A DNA stretch of 64,000 nucleotides from Eledone cirrhosa (taxonomy: Eukaryota): positions 26,350,001-26,414,000 of the forward strand of contig OZ024753.1 in assembly GCA_964016885.1 (NCBI GenBank), given 5' to 3'. Both the position numbers and the translations under genes were made by a program. The notes beneath the pieces were generated by a model. It searched no databases, had not been told where the DNA came from, and saw only the letters and a list, made by a program, of their open reading frames with translations. Numbering within the stretch: the stretch's first letter is position 1; each line of letters begins with the position of its first letter. Positions 1-11,100 of the stretch are shown here, piece after piece.

Positions 1-3000
1 CTAAAATATCAATTTGAAAAACGCATATTAATTTTTTTCCAAAATTGATTTCTTTAGGTTTTTTCGAAATATATACTTCTGAACTAATCTTTTTACGTTT
101 TTCTGATTTTCGAAATTTTAAAAAATCGTAAAAAATTAATGCTTTCTAAATATTTACTTTCTGGTTTCAAATTTTGCAAATTAAATTCTTTTTGAAAAAC
201 CTAAAAAAAATCAGATTTCGAAAAACGCAATTTTAAAAACGCATATTAATTTTCTTTCAAAGACCTTATATAATCAATTATACTTTTAAAAATATTTATA
301 TCTGATTTCAAAAATTGATTTTTTTAGATTGCTTTTTGAAAAAGTATCGATATTCACAAATTGTTTTTTTACACAGTATTTCAAAAAATGTAAAAAAAAT
401 CAATAATCTTTTTACGTCTTTCTGATTTTCGAAATAAAACGTAAAAATGCTTTCGAAATATTTACTTTCTGGTTTCAAATTTTCCAAATTAAATTTTTTT
501 CGAAATACCTAAAAATAATCAGAAGTTTCGAAAACTTGAAAAACGCATATTAATTTTTTTCAAAAATTGATTATATACTTTTGCATTAATCTTTTTACGT
601 TTTTATGATTTTCGAAAATTGATTATATACTTGTGCATTAATCTTTTTACGTTTTTATGATTTTCGAAAATTTATTATATACTTGTGCATTAATCTTTTT
701 ACGTTTTTATGATTTTCGAAAATTGATTATATACTTATGCATTAATCTTTTTACGTTTTTATGATTTTCGAAATTTAAAAAAAAAACGTAAAAAATTAAT
801 GCAGAAGTATATAATCAATTTTCGAAAAAAAATTAATATGCGTTTTTCAAATTTTCAAATTTTCAAAAATTAGAAGTTTCGAAAACTTGAAAAATGCATA
901 TTAATTTTTTTTCGAAAATTGATTTTTTTTAGGCTTTTCGAAATATATTTTGCATTAATCTTTTTACGTTTTTGTAATTTTCGAAATTTAAAAAGAACGT
1001 AAAAAATTAATGTTTTCTAAATATTTACTTTCTGGTTTCAAATTTTGCAGAGTAAATTCTTTTCAAAAAACTTACAAAAAATCAGTAGTTTCGAAAAACG
1101 CAATTTGAAAAACTCATATTAATTTGTTTTAGACCTTATATAATCAATTTTTTTATACTTTTAGAAATATTTATATCTGATTTCAAAAATTGATTTTTTT
1201 AGGTCTTTTTGAAAAAGAATTATGTTTTAACAAATTGATTTTTTACACAGTAAATGTAAAGAAATCAATTTCAAAAACGCTTATTAATTTTTTTTCGAAA
1301 ATTAATTATATACTTCTGCATTAATCTTTTTACGTTTTTATGATTTTCGAAATTTAAAAAAAAAAATCAGAAGTTTCTTTTCGAAGACCTTATATAATCA
1401 ATTTTTTTATACTTTTAGAAATATTTATATCTGATTTCTAAAATTGATTTTTTTAGGTTTTTTTGAAAAAAAATTGATTTTTTTTATGATTTTCGAGATC
1501 GTAAATGTAAAAAAATCAATTTGAAAAACGCATATTAATTTTTTTTTAAAAATTGATTATATACTTTTGCATTAATCTTTTTACGTTTTTATGATTTTCG
1601 AGAATTGATTATATACTTCTGCATTAATCTTTTTCGAAATTTAAAAAAAAAACGTAAAAAATTAATGCAGAAGTATATAATCAATTTTCGAAAAAAAATT
1701 AATATGCGTTTTTCAAATTGATTTTTTTACATTTACTGTGTAAAAAATCAAAATAGAATATGAGTTTTTCAAATTGCGTTTTTCGAAACCTGATTTTTCT
1801 AGGTTTTTTGAAAAGAATTTAATCTGCAAAATTTGAAACCTGAAAGTAAATAATCTGCAAAATTTGAAACCAGAAAGTAGATATCTCGAAATCATTAATT
1901 TTTTACGTTTTTTTTAAATTTCGAAAATCAGTAAGACGTAAAAAGATTATTGATTTTTTTACATTTTTTTGAAATACCGTGTAGAAAATCAATTTGAGAA
2001 AGCATATCGATTCTTTTTCAAAAAATCTAAAATAATCAATTTTTGAAATCAGCAGAAAAACGTAAAAAGATTAATACAAAAGTATAGATTTCATAAAACC
2101 TAAAGTAATCAATTTTCGAAAAAAAATTAATATGCGTTTTTCATATTGATTTTTTAGTGTGAAAATATCAATTTGTGTAAAAACACAAATTGATATTTTT
2201 ACATTTTTGGAAATACTCTGTAAAAAATCAATTTGTGAAAGCATATCGATTCTCTTTAAAAAACCTAAAAAAATCAATTATATATAAGTTCCTCGAAAAA
2301 AAATTAATATGCGTTTTTCAGATTGCGTTTGATGTTAGGCTTTTCGAGAAGAATTTAATCTGCAAAATTTGAAACCAGAAAGTAAATATTTTGAAAGCAT
2401 TAATTTTTTACGTTTTTTTTAAATTTCAAAAATCAGAAAGACGTAAAAAGATTATTGATTTTTTTACATTTTTTGAAATACTGTGTAAAAAATCAATCTG
2501 TGAAGGCATATCGATTCTTTTTTAAAAAATCTAAAAAAATCAATTTTTGAAATCAGATATAAATATTTCTAAAAGTATAAAAAAATTAATTATATAAGGT
2601 CTTAGAAAAAAAATTAATATGCGTTTTTCAAATTGCGTTTTTCGAAACTTCTTTTTTTTTTAGGTTTTTCTAAATAAATTCTAAAAGAATTTAATCTGCA
2701 AAATTTGAAACCAGAAAGTAAATATCTCGAAAGCATTAATTTTTTACGTTTTTTTTAAATTTCGAAAATCAGAAAGACGTAAAGGGATAATTTATTTTTT
2801 TTTTACATTTGTGAAAGCCTATCGATTCTTTTTCAAAAAACCTAAAAAAATCAATTTTTGAAATCAGATATAAATATTTCTAAAAGTATAAAAAAATTGA
2901 TTTCGAAAAAAAATTAATATGCGTTTTTCAAAAGCTGATTTTTTTTAGAAAGAATTTAATCTGCAAAATTTGAAGCCAAGAAAGCATTAATTTTTTACGT

Positions 3001-3522
3001 TTTTCTTAACTTTCGAAAATCAGAAAAACGTAAAAAGATTAATACAGAAGTATATATTTCGAAAATAAATTTTGAAAAAAAAATTAATCTTTGGAGAAGT
3101 ATATATTTCTAAAAACGTAAAACATTAATGATTTCGAAATATTTACTTTGCAGATTAAATTCTTTTTGAAAAACCTAAAAAAATCAGAAGTTTCGAAAAA
3201 CGCATATTAATATTTTTTCGAAAACCATATATAATCAATGTCTAAAATTGATTTCTTTAGGTTTTTCGAAATATATACTTCTGGCATTAACCTTTTTACG
3301 TTTTTCTGATTTTCGAAATTTAAAAAAAACGTAAAAAATTAATGATTTCGAAATATTTAGTTTCAAATTTTGTTTTCAAATTTTGTTTTCAAATTTTGCA
3401 GATTAAATTTTTTTCGAAAAACCTAAAGATATCAGAAGTTTCGAAAAACGCAACTTGAAAAACGCATATTAATTTTTTTTCGAAAACCTTTATATCATCG
3501 AGTTCGAAAATTGATTTTTTTA
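1..3522. repeat. AT-rich modular satellite (family A), left block, with internal orientation switches
   Basis: Recurrent shuffled modules such as GAAAAACGCATATTAATTTTTTTCGAAAA, TATTTACTTTCTGGTTTCAAATTTTGCAG and GCATTAATCTTTTTACGTTTTT, plus their reverse complements. Spacing between marker modules is irregular (roughly 230-560 bp across family A). Confidence 0.9.
565..772. repeat. 52-bp tandem repeat x4 inside satellite A
   Basis: AATTGATTATATACTTnTGCATTAATCTTTTTACGTTTTTATGATTTTCGAA starts at 565, 617, 669 and 721. Confidence 0.92.
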
Positions 3523-3893
3523 AAGACTTGGGATTGGGGTTTAAGTGTAAGTCTAAGGCTTGGGTTGGGGTTTAAGTCTAAGTCTAAGGCTTTGGGTTGG
3601 GGTTTAAGTTTACGGGTTGGGCTAAGGCTTGGGGTTGGCTTTAAGTTGCAAGTCTAAAGCTTGTTATTAGGGTTTAATTCTAAGACTTGGGGTTGTGGTT
3701 TAAGTCTAGGTCTAAGGCTTGGGTTTGGGGTTTAAGTCTAAGTCTAAGGCTTGGGTTTGGGTTTTAAGTCTAAGCCTAAGGCTTGGGGTTGGGGTTTAAG
3801 TCTAAGTCTTGTGGTTGGGGTTTAAATCTAAGGGTTAGGATTTAAATCTAAGGATGAGTGTTGGGGTTTAAGGCTAAGTCTAATGCTTGTGGT
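3523..3893 (+). repeat. 371-bp segment X of the 32-bp satellite, isolated copy
   Basis: AAGACTTGGGATTGGGG...TAATGCTTGTGGT; appears identical by eye to 28848-29218 and 54167-54537, but here it is flanked by unrelated satellites. Confidence 0.93.
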
Positions 3894-5639
3894 AACATAG
3901 GTAACGTATGGGAGAGTGTCATTAACTATGTTAGGAGGGTACCGTTACCTATGTTGGGAGGGTGCCGGTACCTATGTTGGGAGAGTGCCATTACCTATGT
4001 TGGGAGGGTACAGTTACATTCGTTGGTAGAGTGCCATTACCCATGTTAGAAGGGTGCCGTTACCAATGTTAGGAGGGTGCCGTTACCTATGACGGGAGAG
4101 TGCCGTTACCTATGTTGGGAGAGTGCGGTACCTATGTTAGGAGGGTGCCGTTACCTATGTTGGGAGAGTGCCAATGTGGGGAGGTGCTGTTACCTATGTC
4201 AGGATGGAGCCATTACCTATGTTAGAAGGGTGCCGTTACCTATGTTTGGAGGGTGCCGTTACCTATGTTGCGAGGGTGGCGTTACCTATGTTGGGAGGTT
4301 ACATTTACCTATGTTGGGAGGTTGCATTTACCTAAGTTGGGAGAATGCCATTACCTATGTTACGAGGGTCCCGTTACCTATGTTAGGAGGGTGACATTAC
4401 TTATGTTGGGAGGGTGCCGTTACCTATTTTGGAAGGGTGCTTTTACCTATGTTAGGAGGGTGCAATTACCTATGTTGGAAGGGTGCCGTTACCTATGTTA
4501 GGAGTGTGTCGTTACCTATGTTAGGAGAGTGCCGTTACCTATGTTGGGAGGGTTCCCTTACCTATGTTGGGAGAGTACCATTACCTATGTTGGGAGAGTA
4601 CCATTACCTATGTTAGGAGGCTGTCGTTACCTGTTAGGAGTGTGCCATTACCTATGTTGGGAGGGTGCATTTACCTATGTTAGGAGGGTGCCATTACCAA
4701 TGTTGGTAGGGTGCCGTTACTTATGTTGGGAGGGTGCCTCTAGATATGTTAGGAGGGTGCCGTTACCTATGTTAGGAGAGTGCCGTTACTATGTTGGGAG
4801 AGTGACATTACCTATGTTGGGAGGGTGCCATAACCTATTTTGGGAGGGTGCCGTTACCTGTTAGGAGGGTGCCATTACCTATGTTAGGAGGGTACCGTAC
4901 CTATGTTGGGAGAGTCCCGTTACCTATGTTAGGAGGGTGCCGTTGCCTATGTTGGGAGAGTGCCATTACCTATGTTGGGAGAGTGCCGTTACCTGTTGGG
5001 AGGGTGCCGTTACCTATGGTAGGAGGGTATCGTTACCTATGTTAGGAGAGTGTTGATACCTATGTTGGGAGGGTGCCGTTATCTATGTTGGGAGATTGAC
5101 GTTACGTATGTTGGGAGGGTGCCGCTACATATGTTAGGAGAAAGCCGTTATCAATGTCGGGAGAGTGCCATTACCTATGTTGGGAGGGTGCTTTTACCTA
5201 TGTTAGGAAGGTGCCGTTACCTGTTGGGAGGGTGCCGTTACCTATGGTAGGAGGGTATCGTTACCTAGGTTTGGAGGGTGCCGCTACATATGTTAGGAGG
5301 GTGCCGTTCCCCATGTTGGGAGGGTGCCGTTACCTATGTTGGGAGGGTGCCATTACCTATGTTGGGAGAGTTCCATTGCCTATGTTAGGAGGGTGCCGTT
5401 ACCTATGTTGGGAGAGTGCCGTTACCTATCTTAGGAGGGTGCCATTACCTATGTTGGAAGGCTGCCATTACCTGTTGGGAGTGTGCCATTACCTATGTTG
5501 GGAGGGTGCAGTTACCTATGTTGGGAGGGTGCCTCTGCATATGTTAGGAGGGTGGGGTTACCTATGTTGGGAGAGTGTCGTTACCAATGTTGGGAGAGTG
5601 CCATTACCTATGAAAGTTGGGAGAGTGCCATTACCTATG
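3894..5639 (+). repeat. 23-bp G-rich minisatellite (family B), about 75 units, copy 1
   Basis: Consensus CCGTTACCTATGTTGGGAGGGTG with TTAGG/GAGAG/CCATT variants; TACCTAT at 5331 and 5354 gives the 23-bp period. Confidence 0.95.
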
Positions 5640-8104
5640 AAAGCATTAATTTTTTTTTAAATGAAAGCATTTACGTTTTTTTTAAATTTTGAAAATCAGA
5701 AAAACGTAAAAAGATTAATGCAGAAGTATATATTTCGAAAAACCTAAAAAAAATCAATTTTAGAAATTGATTATATAAGGTTTTCGGAAAAAAATTAATA
5801 TGCGTTTTACAAATTGATCTTTTAGGTTTTTTCACAAATTGATCCTTTTACATTTTTGAAAATTTGTGAAAGCATATCGATTCTTTTTCAAAAAACCTAA
5901 AAAAAAAATCAATTTTTGAAATCAGATATAAATAATCTAAAAGTATTAAAAAATTGGTTTTCGAAAAAAAATTAATATGCGTATTTAAAATTGCGTTTTT
6001 CAACGCTGATTTTTTTAGGTTTTTCGAAAAATTTGAAACCAGAAAGTAAATATTTCGAAAACGTTAATTCAAATTTCGAAAATCAGTAAAACCTAAAAAG
6101 ATTAATGCACAAGTGTATATTTCTAAAATACTGTATACTTGTAAAAAAAATCAATTTTCGAAATCGGTTATATAAGGTTTTCGAAATTGATTATATAAGG
6201 TTTTCGAAAAATAATTAATATGCGTTTTTCAAATTGCGTTTTTCAAAACTGCTGATTTTTTTAGGTTTTTCGAAAAATTTGAAACCAAAAAGTAAATATT
6301 TCGAAAACGTTAATTTAAATTTCGAAAATCAGAAAAACCTAAAAAGATTAATACAGAAGTATATATTTCGAAAAACCTAAAAAAAATCAAATTTTCGAAA
6401 TTGATTATATAAGGTATTCGGAAAAAAATTAATATGCGTATTTCAAATTGCATTTTTCGAAACTTCTGACTTTTTTAGGTTTTTCTAAAAGAATTTAATC
6501 TCAAAAATTTGAAACCAGAAAGTAAATATTTCGATTTTTTTAAATTTCGAAAATCAGAAAAACGTAAAAAGATTAATGCAGAAATATTCGAAATATTTCT
6601 AAAAACCTAAAGAAATCAAATTTCGAAAAAAAATTATGCGTTTTTCTAATTGATTTTCTAGGACTTTTCACAAATTGATATTTTTGCATGTTTTGAAATA
6701 GTGTATAAAAAATCAATTTGTGAAAGCATATCAATTCTTTTTCAAAAAACCTAAAAAAATCAATTTTTGAAATCAGATATAAGTATTTCTAAAAGTATAA
6801 AAAAATTGATTATATTAGAATTTCGAAAAAAAATTAATATGCGTTTTTCAAGTTGCCTTTTTCGAAACCTGATTTTTTTTGGTTTTTTCAAAAAGAATCT
6901 AATCTGCAAAATTTGGAACCAGAAAGTAAATATCTCGAAATCATTAATTTTTTATGTTTTTTTTAAATTTCGAAAATCAGAAAAACTTAAAAAAATTGAT
7001 ACAGAAGTATATATTTCGAAAAACCTAAAGTAATCAATTTTCAAATCGATTTTTTTTACATTTTTTGAAATACTGTGTAAAAAATCAATTTGTGATAGCA
7101 TATCAATTCTTTTTCAAAAAACCTAAAAAAATCAATTTTTGAAATCAGATATAAATATTTCTAAAAGTATAAAAAAATTGATTATATTCGAAGAAGAGTT
7201 GAATATGCGTTTTTCAAATTGCGTTTGATACAGATTAATTAGTATTTTCGGAAAATAATCATTTTGTGTTCAAAAATTGATTTTTTTTACGTCTAATTTC
7301 ACTGACAGTGAATGCGTTCACAAATCGATTTTTTGTATTTTACAAATTATTTACTTCTCATAAATTGATCTTTTTACACCTTATCTCGAAAAATGTAAAA
7401 TTGTGACTTTTGTAAATATGTAAGGAATATCAATCTGTGAACACATAATTTTTGAAATGAGAAGTAAATATTTTGTAAAATATAAAAAATCAATTTCTGA
7501 ACGCATTCATTTTCAAAAACACCATTCATTTTCAAAAACAACAGTGTGTTCAAAAATTGATTTTTTTTACATTTAAATGTAAAAAAATCAATTTTTTAAC
7601 ACAAAATGATTATTTTTCGACCTGTTGTAAAAAAACGTAAAAAAATTAATGCTTTCACAAATCTTTCGAAATATTTACTTTCTGATTTCAAATTTTGCAG
7701 ATTAAATTTTTTACGTTTTTCCGAAAAAGAATCAATATGCGTATTGTTCACAGTTTGATATTTTAATATCAATCTGCCTTTCGAAATATTTACTTCTGCT
7801 TTTACAGACGTGTTTTTGAAAATAAATGCCTTTATACATTGATTTTTTGTAATTTTGTATATTTCAAAAATTGCATTTTTCAAAATATTAACTTCTGATT
7901 TCGAAAATTGATTTTTTTTAGAGTTTTCGAAAAAGAATGAATATAAGTTCATAGTCGAAATAATCTGCATTAATGTTTTTACGTTTTGCGTAAGACTGTT
8001 TTTTTTGCATATTTCGAAATACTTTTAATATCTTTGTTTTTCCAATCAATCTGCGTTTACAGATTGAATTTTTTGGCATTTTTCAAGTTGTAAGTATGTT
8101 TTGT
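5640..8104. repeat. AT-rich modular satellite A, copy 1 of the duplicated block
   Basis: Same modules as 1-3522 (GAAACCAGAAAGTAAATAT, AAATTAATATGCGTTTTTC); orientation reverses after about 7620. Confidence 0.9.
7247..7620. repeat. About 370-bp fold-back (nested inverted repeats), MITE-like in shape
   Basis: 7251-7290 pairs with 7579-7617; 7310-7360 pairs with 7458-7508; there is also a local palindrome at 7545-7603 centred on ATTTAAAT. No clear target-site duplication. Confidence 0.7.
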
Positions 8105-11100
8105 TTAGGGTTAGGGTTAGGGTTAGGGTTAGGTTTGGGGTTGGGGTTGGTGTTAGGTTTGGGGTTGGGGTTGGAGTTGGGGTTTACGTCCAAAGTTTGT
8201 GGTTGGGGTTTAAGTCTAAATCTAAGTTTAAGTTTACATCTAAGTCTATGGGTTAGGGTTTAAGTCTAAGTCTAATCCTTTGGGTTGGCGTTTATGTTAA
8301 GTCTAAAGCTGGGGTTTAAGTCTAAGGCTTGGAGTTCCGGTTTAAGTTTAAGTAGAAGGCTTGGGTTAGGGTTTAAATGTAAGCTTTGTGTTGGGGTTTA
8401 AGTCCAAGTCTAAGTTTAAGTTTACGTCTATGGCTAGAGGTTGGGGTTTAAATCCAAGTCTAAGGGTTGGGGTTTAAGTCTAAGTCTAAGTCTAAGGCTG
8501 GGGGTTGGGGTTTAAGTCTAAGGCTTGGGGTTCGGGTTTAAGTTTAAGTCGAAGGCTTGGGGTTAGGTTTAAGTGTAAGCTTTGGGTTGGGGTTTAAGTC
8601 TACGCCTAAGGCTTGAGGTTGGGGTTTAAGTCAAAGACTAAGTTTAAGTTTACGTCTAAGGTTGGGGTTTAGTCTAAGTCTAAGGGTTGGGGTTTAAGTC
8701 TAAGTCTAAGGCTAGGAGTTGGGGTTCAAATCTAAGTCTAACATTTGGGGTTGGGGTTTAAGTCTAAGTCTACAGCTTGCAGTTGGCGTGGGGTTTGGGT
8801 TTAAGTCTAAGGCTATGAGTCTAAGTCTAATGCTTTAAGGCTCTAAGGCTTTAAGTCTAAGTCTAATGCTAGTCTAAGTCTATGATTTGGGATTGGGGTT
8901 TAAATCTATGTCTAAGGCTTGGGGTTAGGGTTTAAGTCTAAGGCTTGTGATTTGGGTTTAAATCTAAAGCTTGGAGTTTAAGATTTGGGTTGAGGTTTAA
9001 GTCTAAGTCTAAGGCTTGGGGTTGGGGTTCAAGTCTAAGTTTAAGACTTGGGGTTGGGGTTTAATTTAAGGCTTGGGGGTTGTCGTTTAAGCCTAAGTCT
9101 AAAGCTTGGGGTTGGCGTTTAAGTCTAAGGCTGGGGGTTAGGGTTTATGTCTAAGGCCTGGTGTTGGGGTTTAAGTCTAAGTCTAAGACTAGGAGTTTGT
9201 GTATAAGTCTAAATCTAAGGCTTGGGGTTGGGGTTTATGTCTAAACCTTAAGACTTGGAGTTGGGATTTAAGTCTTAGTCTAAGGCTTGGGGTTTGGGTT
9301 TAAGTCTAAGTCTAAGGCTTGGGGTTGGGGTTTACATCTATGTCTATGGCTTGGGGTTTAAGTCTAAGGCTTAATGTTGGGGTTTAAGTCTAAGTCTAAG
9401 GCTTGGGGTTGGGGTTTAAGTCTATGTCTAAGACTTGGGGTTGGAGTTTAAGTTTACGGGTTGGGCTAAGGCTTGGGGTTGGGGTTAGGTTTTAAGACTA
9501 AGTCTTGTTGTTAGGCTTGGTGTTGTGGTTTAAGTATAAGGCTTGGGGTTTACCTCTAAGTCTAAGGCTTTGGTTTGGGGTTAGTATCTACGTCTAAGGT
9601 ATGAGGTTGGGGTTTAAGTCTAAGTCTAAGTCTTAGAGTTGGGGTTTAAGTTTACGTCTAAGGCTAGGGGTTGGGGTGTAAGTCTAAGTTTAAGGGTTGG
9701 GGTTTAACTCTAAGTGGTTGGGGTTTATGTCGAAATCTAAAGCTTAGGGTTGGGGTTTAAGTGTAAGTCTAAGGCTTGGTGTTGGGGTTTAAGTCTAAGT
9801 CTAAGGCTTTGGGTTAGGGTTTAAGTTTAAGGCTCAGGATTGGGATTGAGGTTTAAATTCTAAGTCTACGGCTTGTGGTTTAAGTGTAATCTAAGTCTTG
9901 GTGTTAGGGTTTAAGGCTAAGGCTTATGGTTTGGGTTTAAATCTAAGACTTGGAGTTTAAGATTCTAGGTCTAAGATTCTTAGGTCTTAAGAGTCTAAGT
10001 CTAAGGTTTGGGGTTGGGGTTTAAGTCTAAGGTTTGTTGTTAGGGTTTAATTCTAAGTCTAAGGCTAAGAGTTGGTGCTTAAGTCAAAGTGTAAGGCTTG
10101 GGGTTGGGGTTTATGTCTAAGGCTTGTGGTTATGGTTTAATTCTGAGGCTTGGAGTTGGGGTTTAAGTCTAAGTCTAAGGCTTGGGGTTGGGGTTCAAGT
10201 CTAAGTCTAAGGCTTGGAGTTGGGGTTTAAGTCTATGTCTAAGGCTTGAGGTTGGGGTTTAAATCTATGTCTATGGCTTGGGGTTTAAATCTAAGTCTAA
10301 GGCTTAGGGTTGGGGTTTAAATCTAAGTCTAAGTCTTGTGGTTGGGTTTTATGTCGAAGTCTAAACTTGGGGTTGGGGTTTAAGTCTATGTCTAAGGTTT
10401 GGGATTAGGGTTTAAGCCTAAGATTGAGGCTTGGGGTTGGGGTTTAAGTCTAAGTCTATGACTTTGGGTTGGCGTTTAAATCTATGTCTTGGGGTTTAAA
10501 TCTAAGTCTAAGGCTTAATGTTGGGTTGGGCTAAGGCTTGGGGTTGGTGTTAGGTTGTAAGTTTAAGGCTTGTTATTAGGGCTTCATTGTAAGGCTTGGG
10601 ATTGTGTTTTAAGTCTATGTATAAGGCTTAGGGTTTTGTTTAATTCTAAATCTAAGGCTTTTGTTTGGACTTAGTGTCTACGTCTAAGGCTTGAGGTTGG
10701 GGTTTAAGTCTAAGTCTATGTCTTGGAGTTTGGGTTTGGGTTTAAGTTTACGTCTAAGGTAAGGGGCTGGGGTGTAAATCTAAATCTAAGGCATGAGGTT
10801 GGGGTTTAAGTCTAAGTCTAAGTCTAAGGCTTTGGTTTGAGGTTTAAGTCTAAGTCTAAGGCTTGTTGTTGTGATTTAAGTCTAAGTGTACGGCTTGGGG
10901 TTCAGGTTTAAGTCTAAGCCTAAGGATTTGTTTGTCGTCCAACTCTAAAGCTTGGCGTTTGGGTTTAAGTCTAACGCTGGTGGTTATGGTTTAATTCTAG
11001 GTCTTGGAATTGGGGATTACGTCTAAGTCTAAAGTTTGGGGTTGGGGTTTAAGTCTAAGTCTAAGTCTTGAGGTTGGGGTTTAAATCTATGACTTAGGGT

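Noticed and set aside
3523-5639. Simple transposon insertion of X+B into satellite A
   Set aside because: No target-site duplication, and the flanking A blocks are in opposite orientation.
3858-5692. Overlapping Cys/Gly-rich ORFs (YLCWEG/VPLPML), also at 29183-31017
   Set aside because: They are translations of a 23-bp minisatellite; the unit is not a multiple of 3 and the same words appear in all frames.
1713-7970. Short K/F/I/N-rich ORFs in satellite A
   Set aside because: Chance ORFs of AT-rich repeats with no recognisable domain; 31316-31543 exists in only one copy because of a single substitution.
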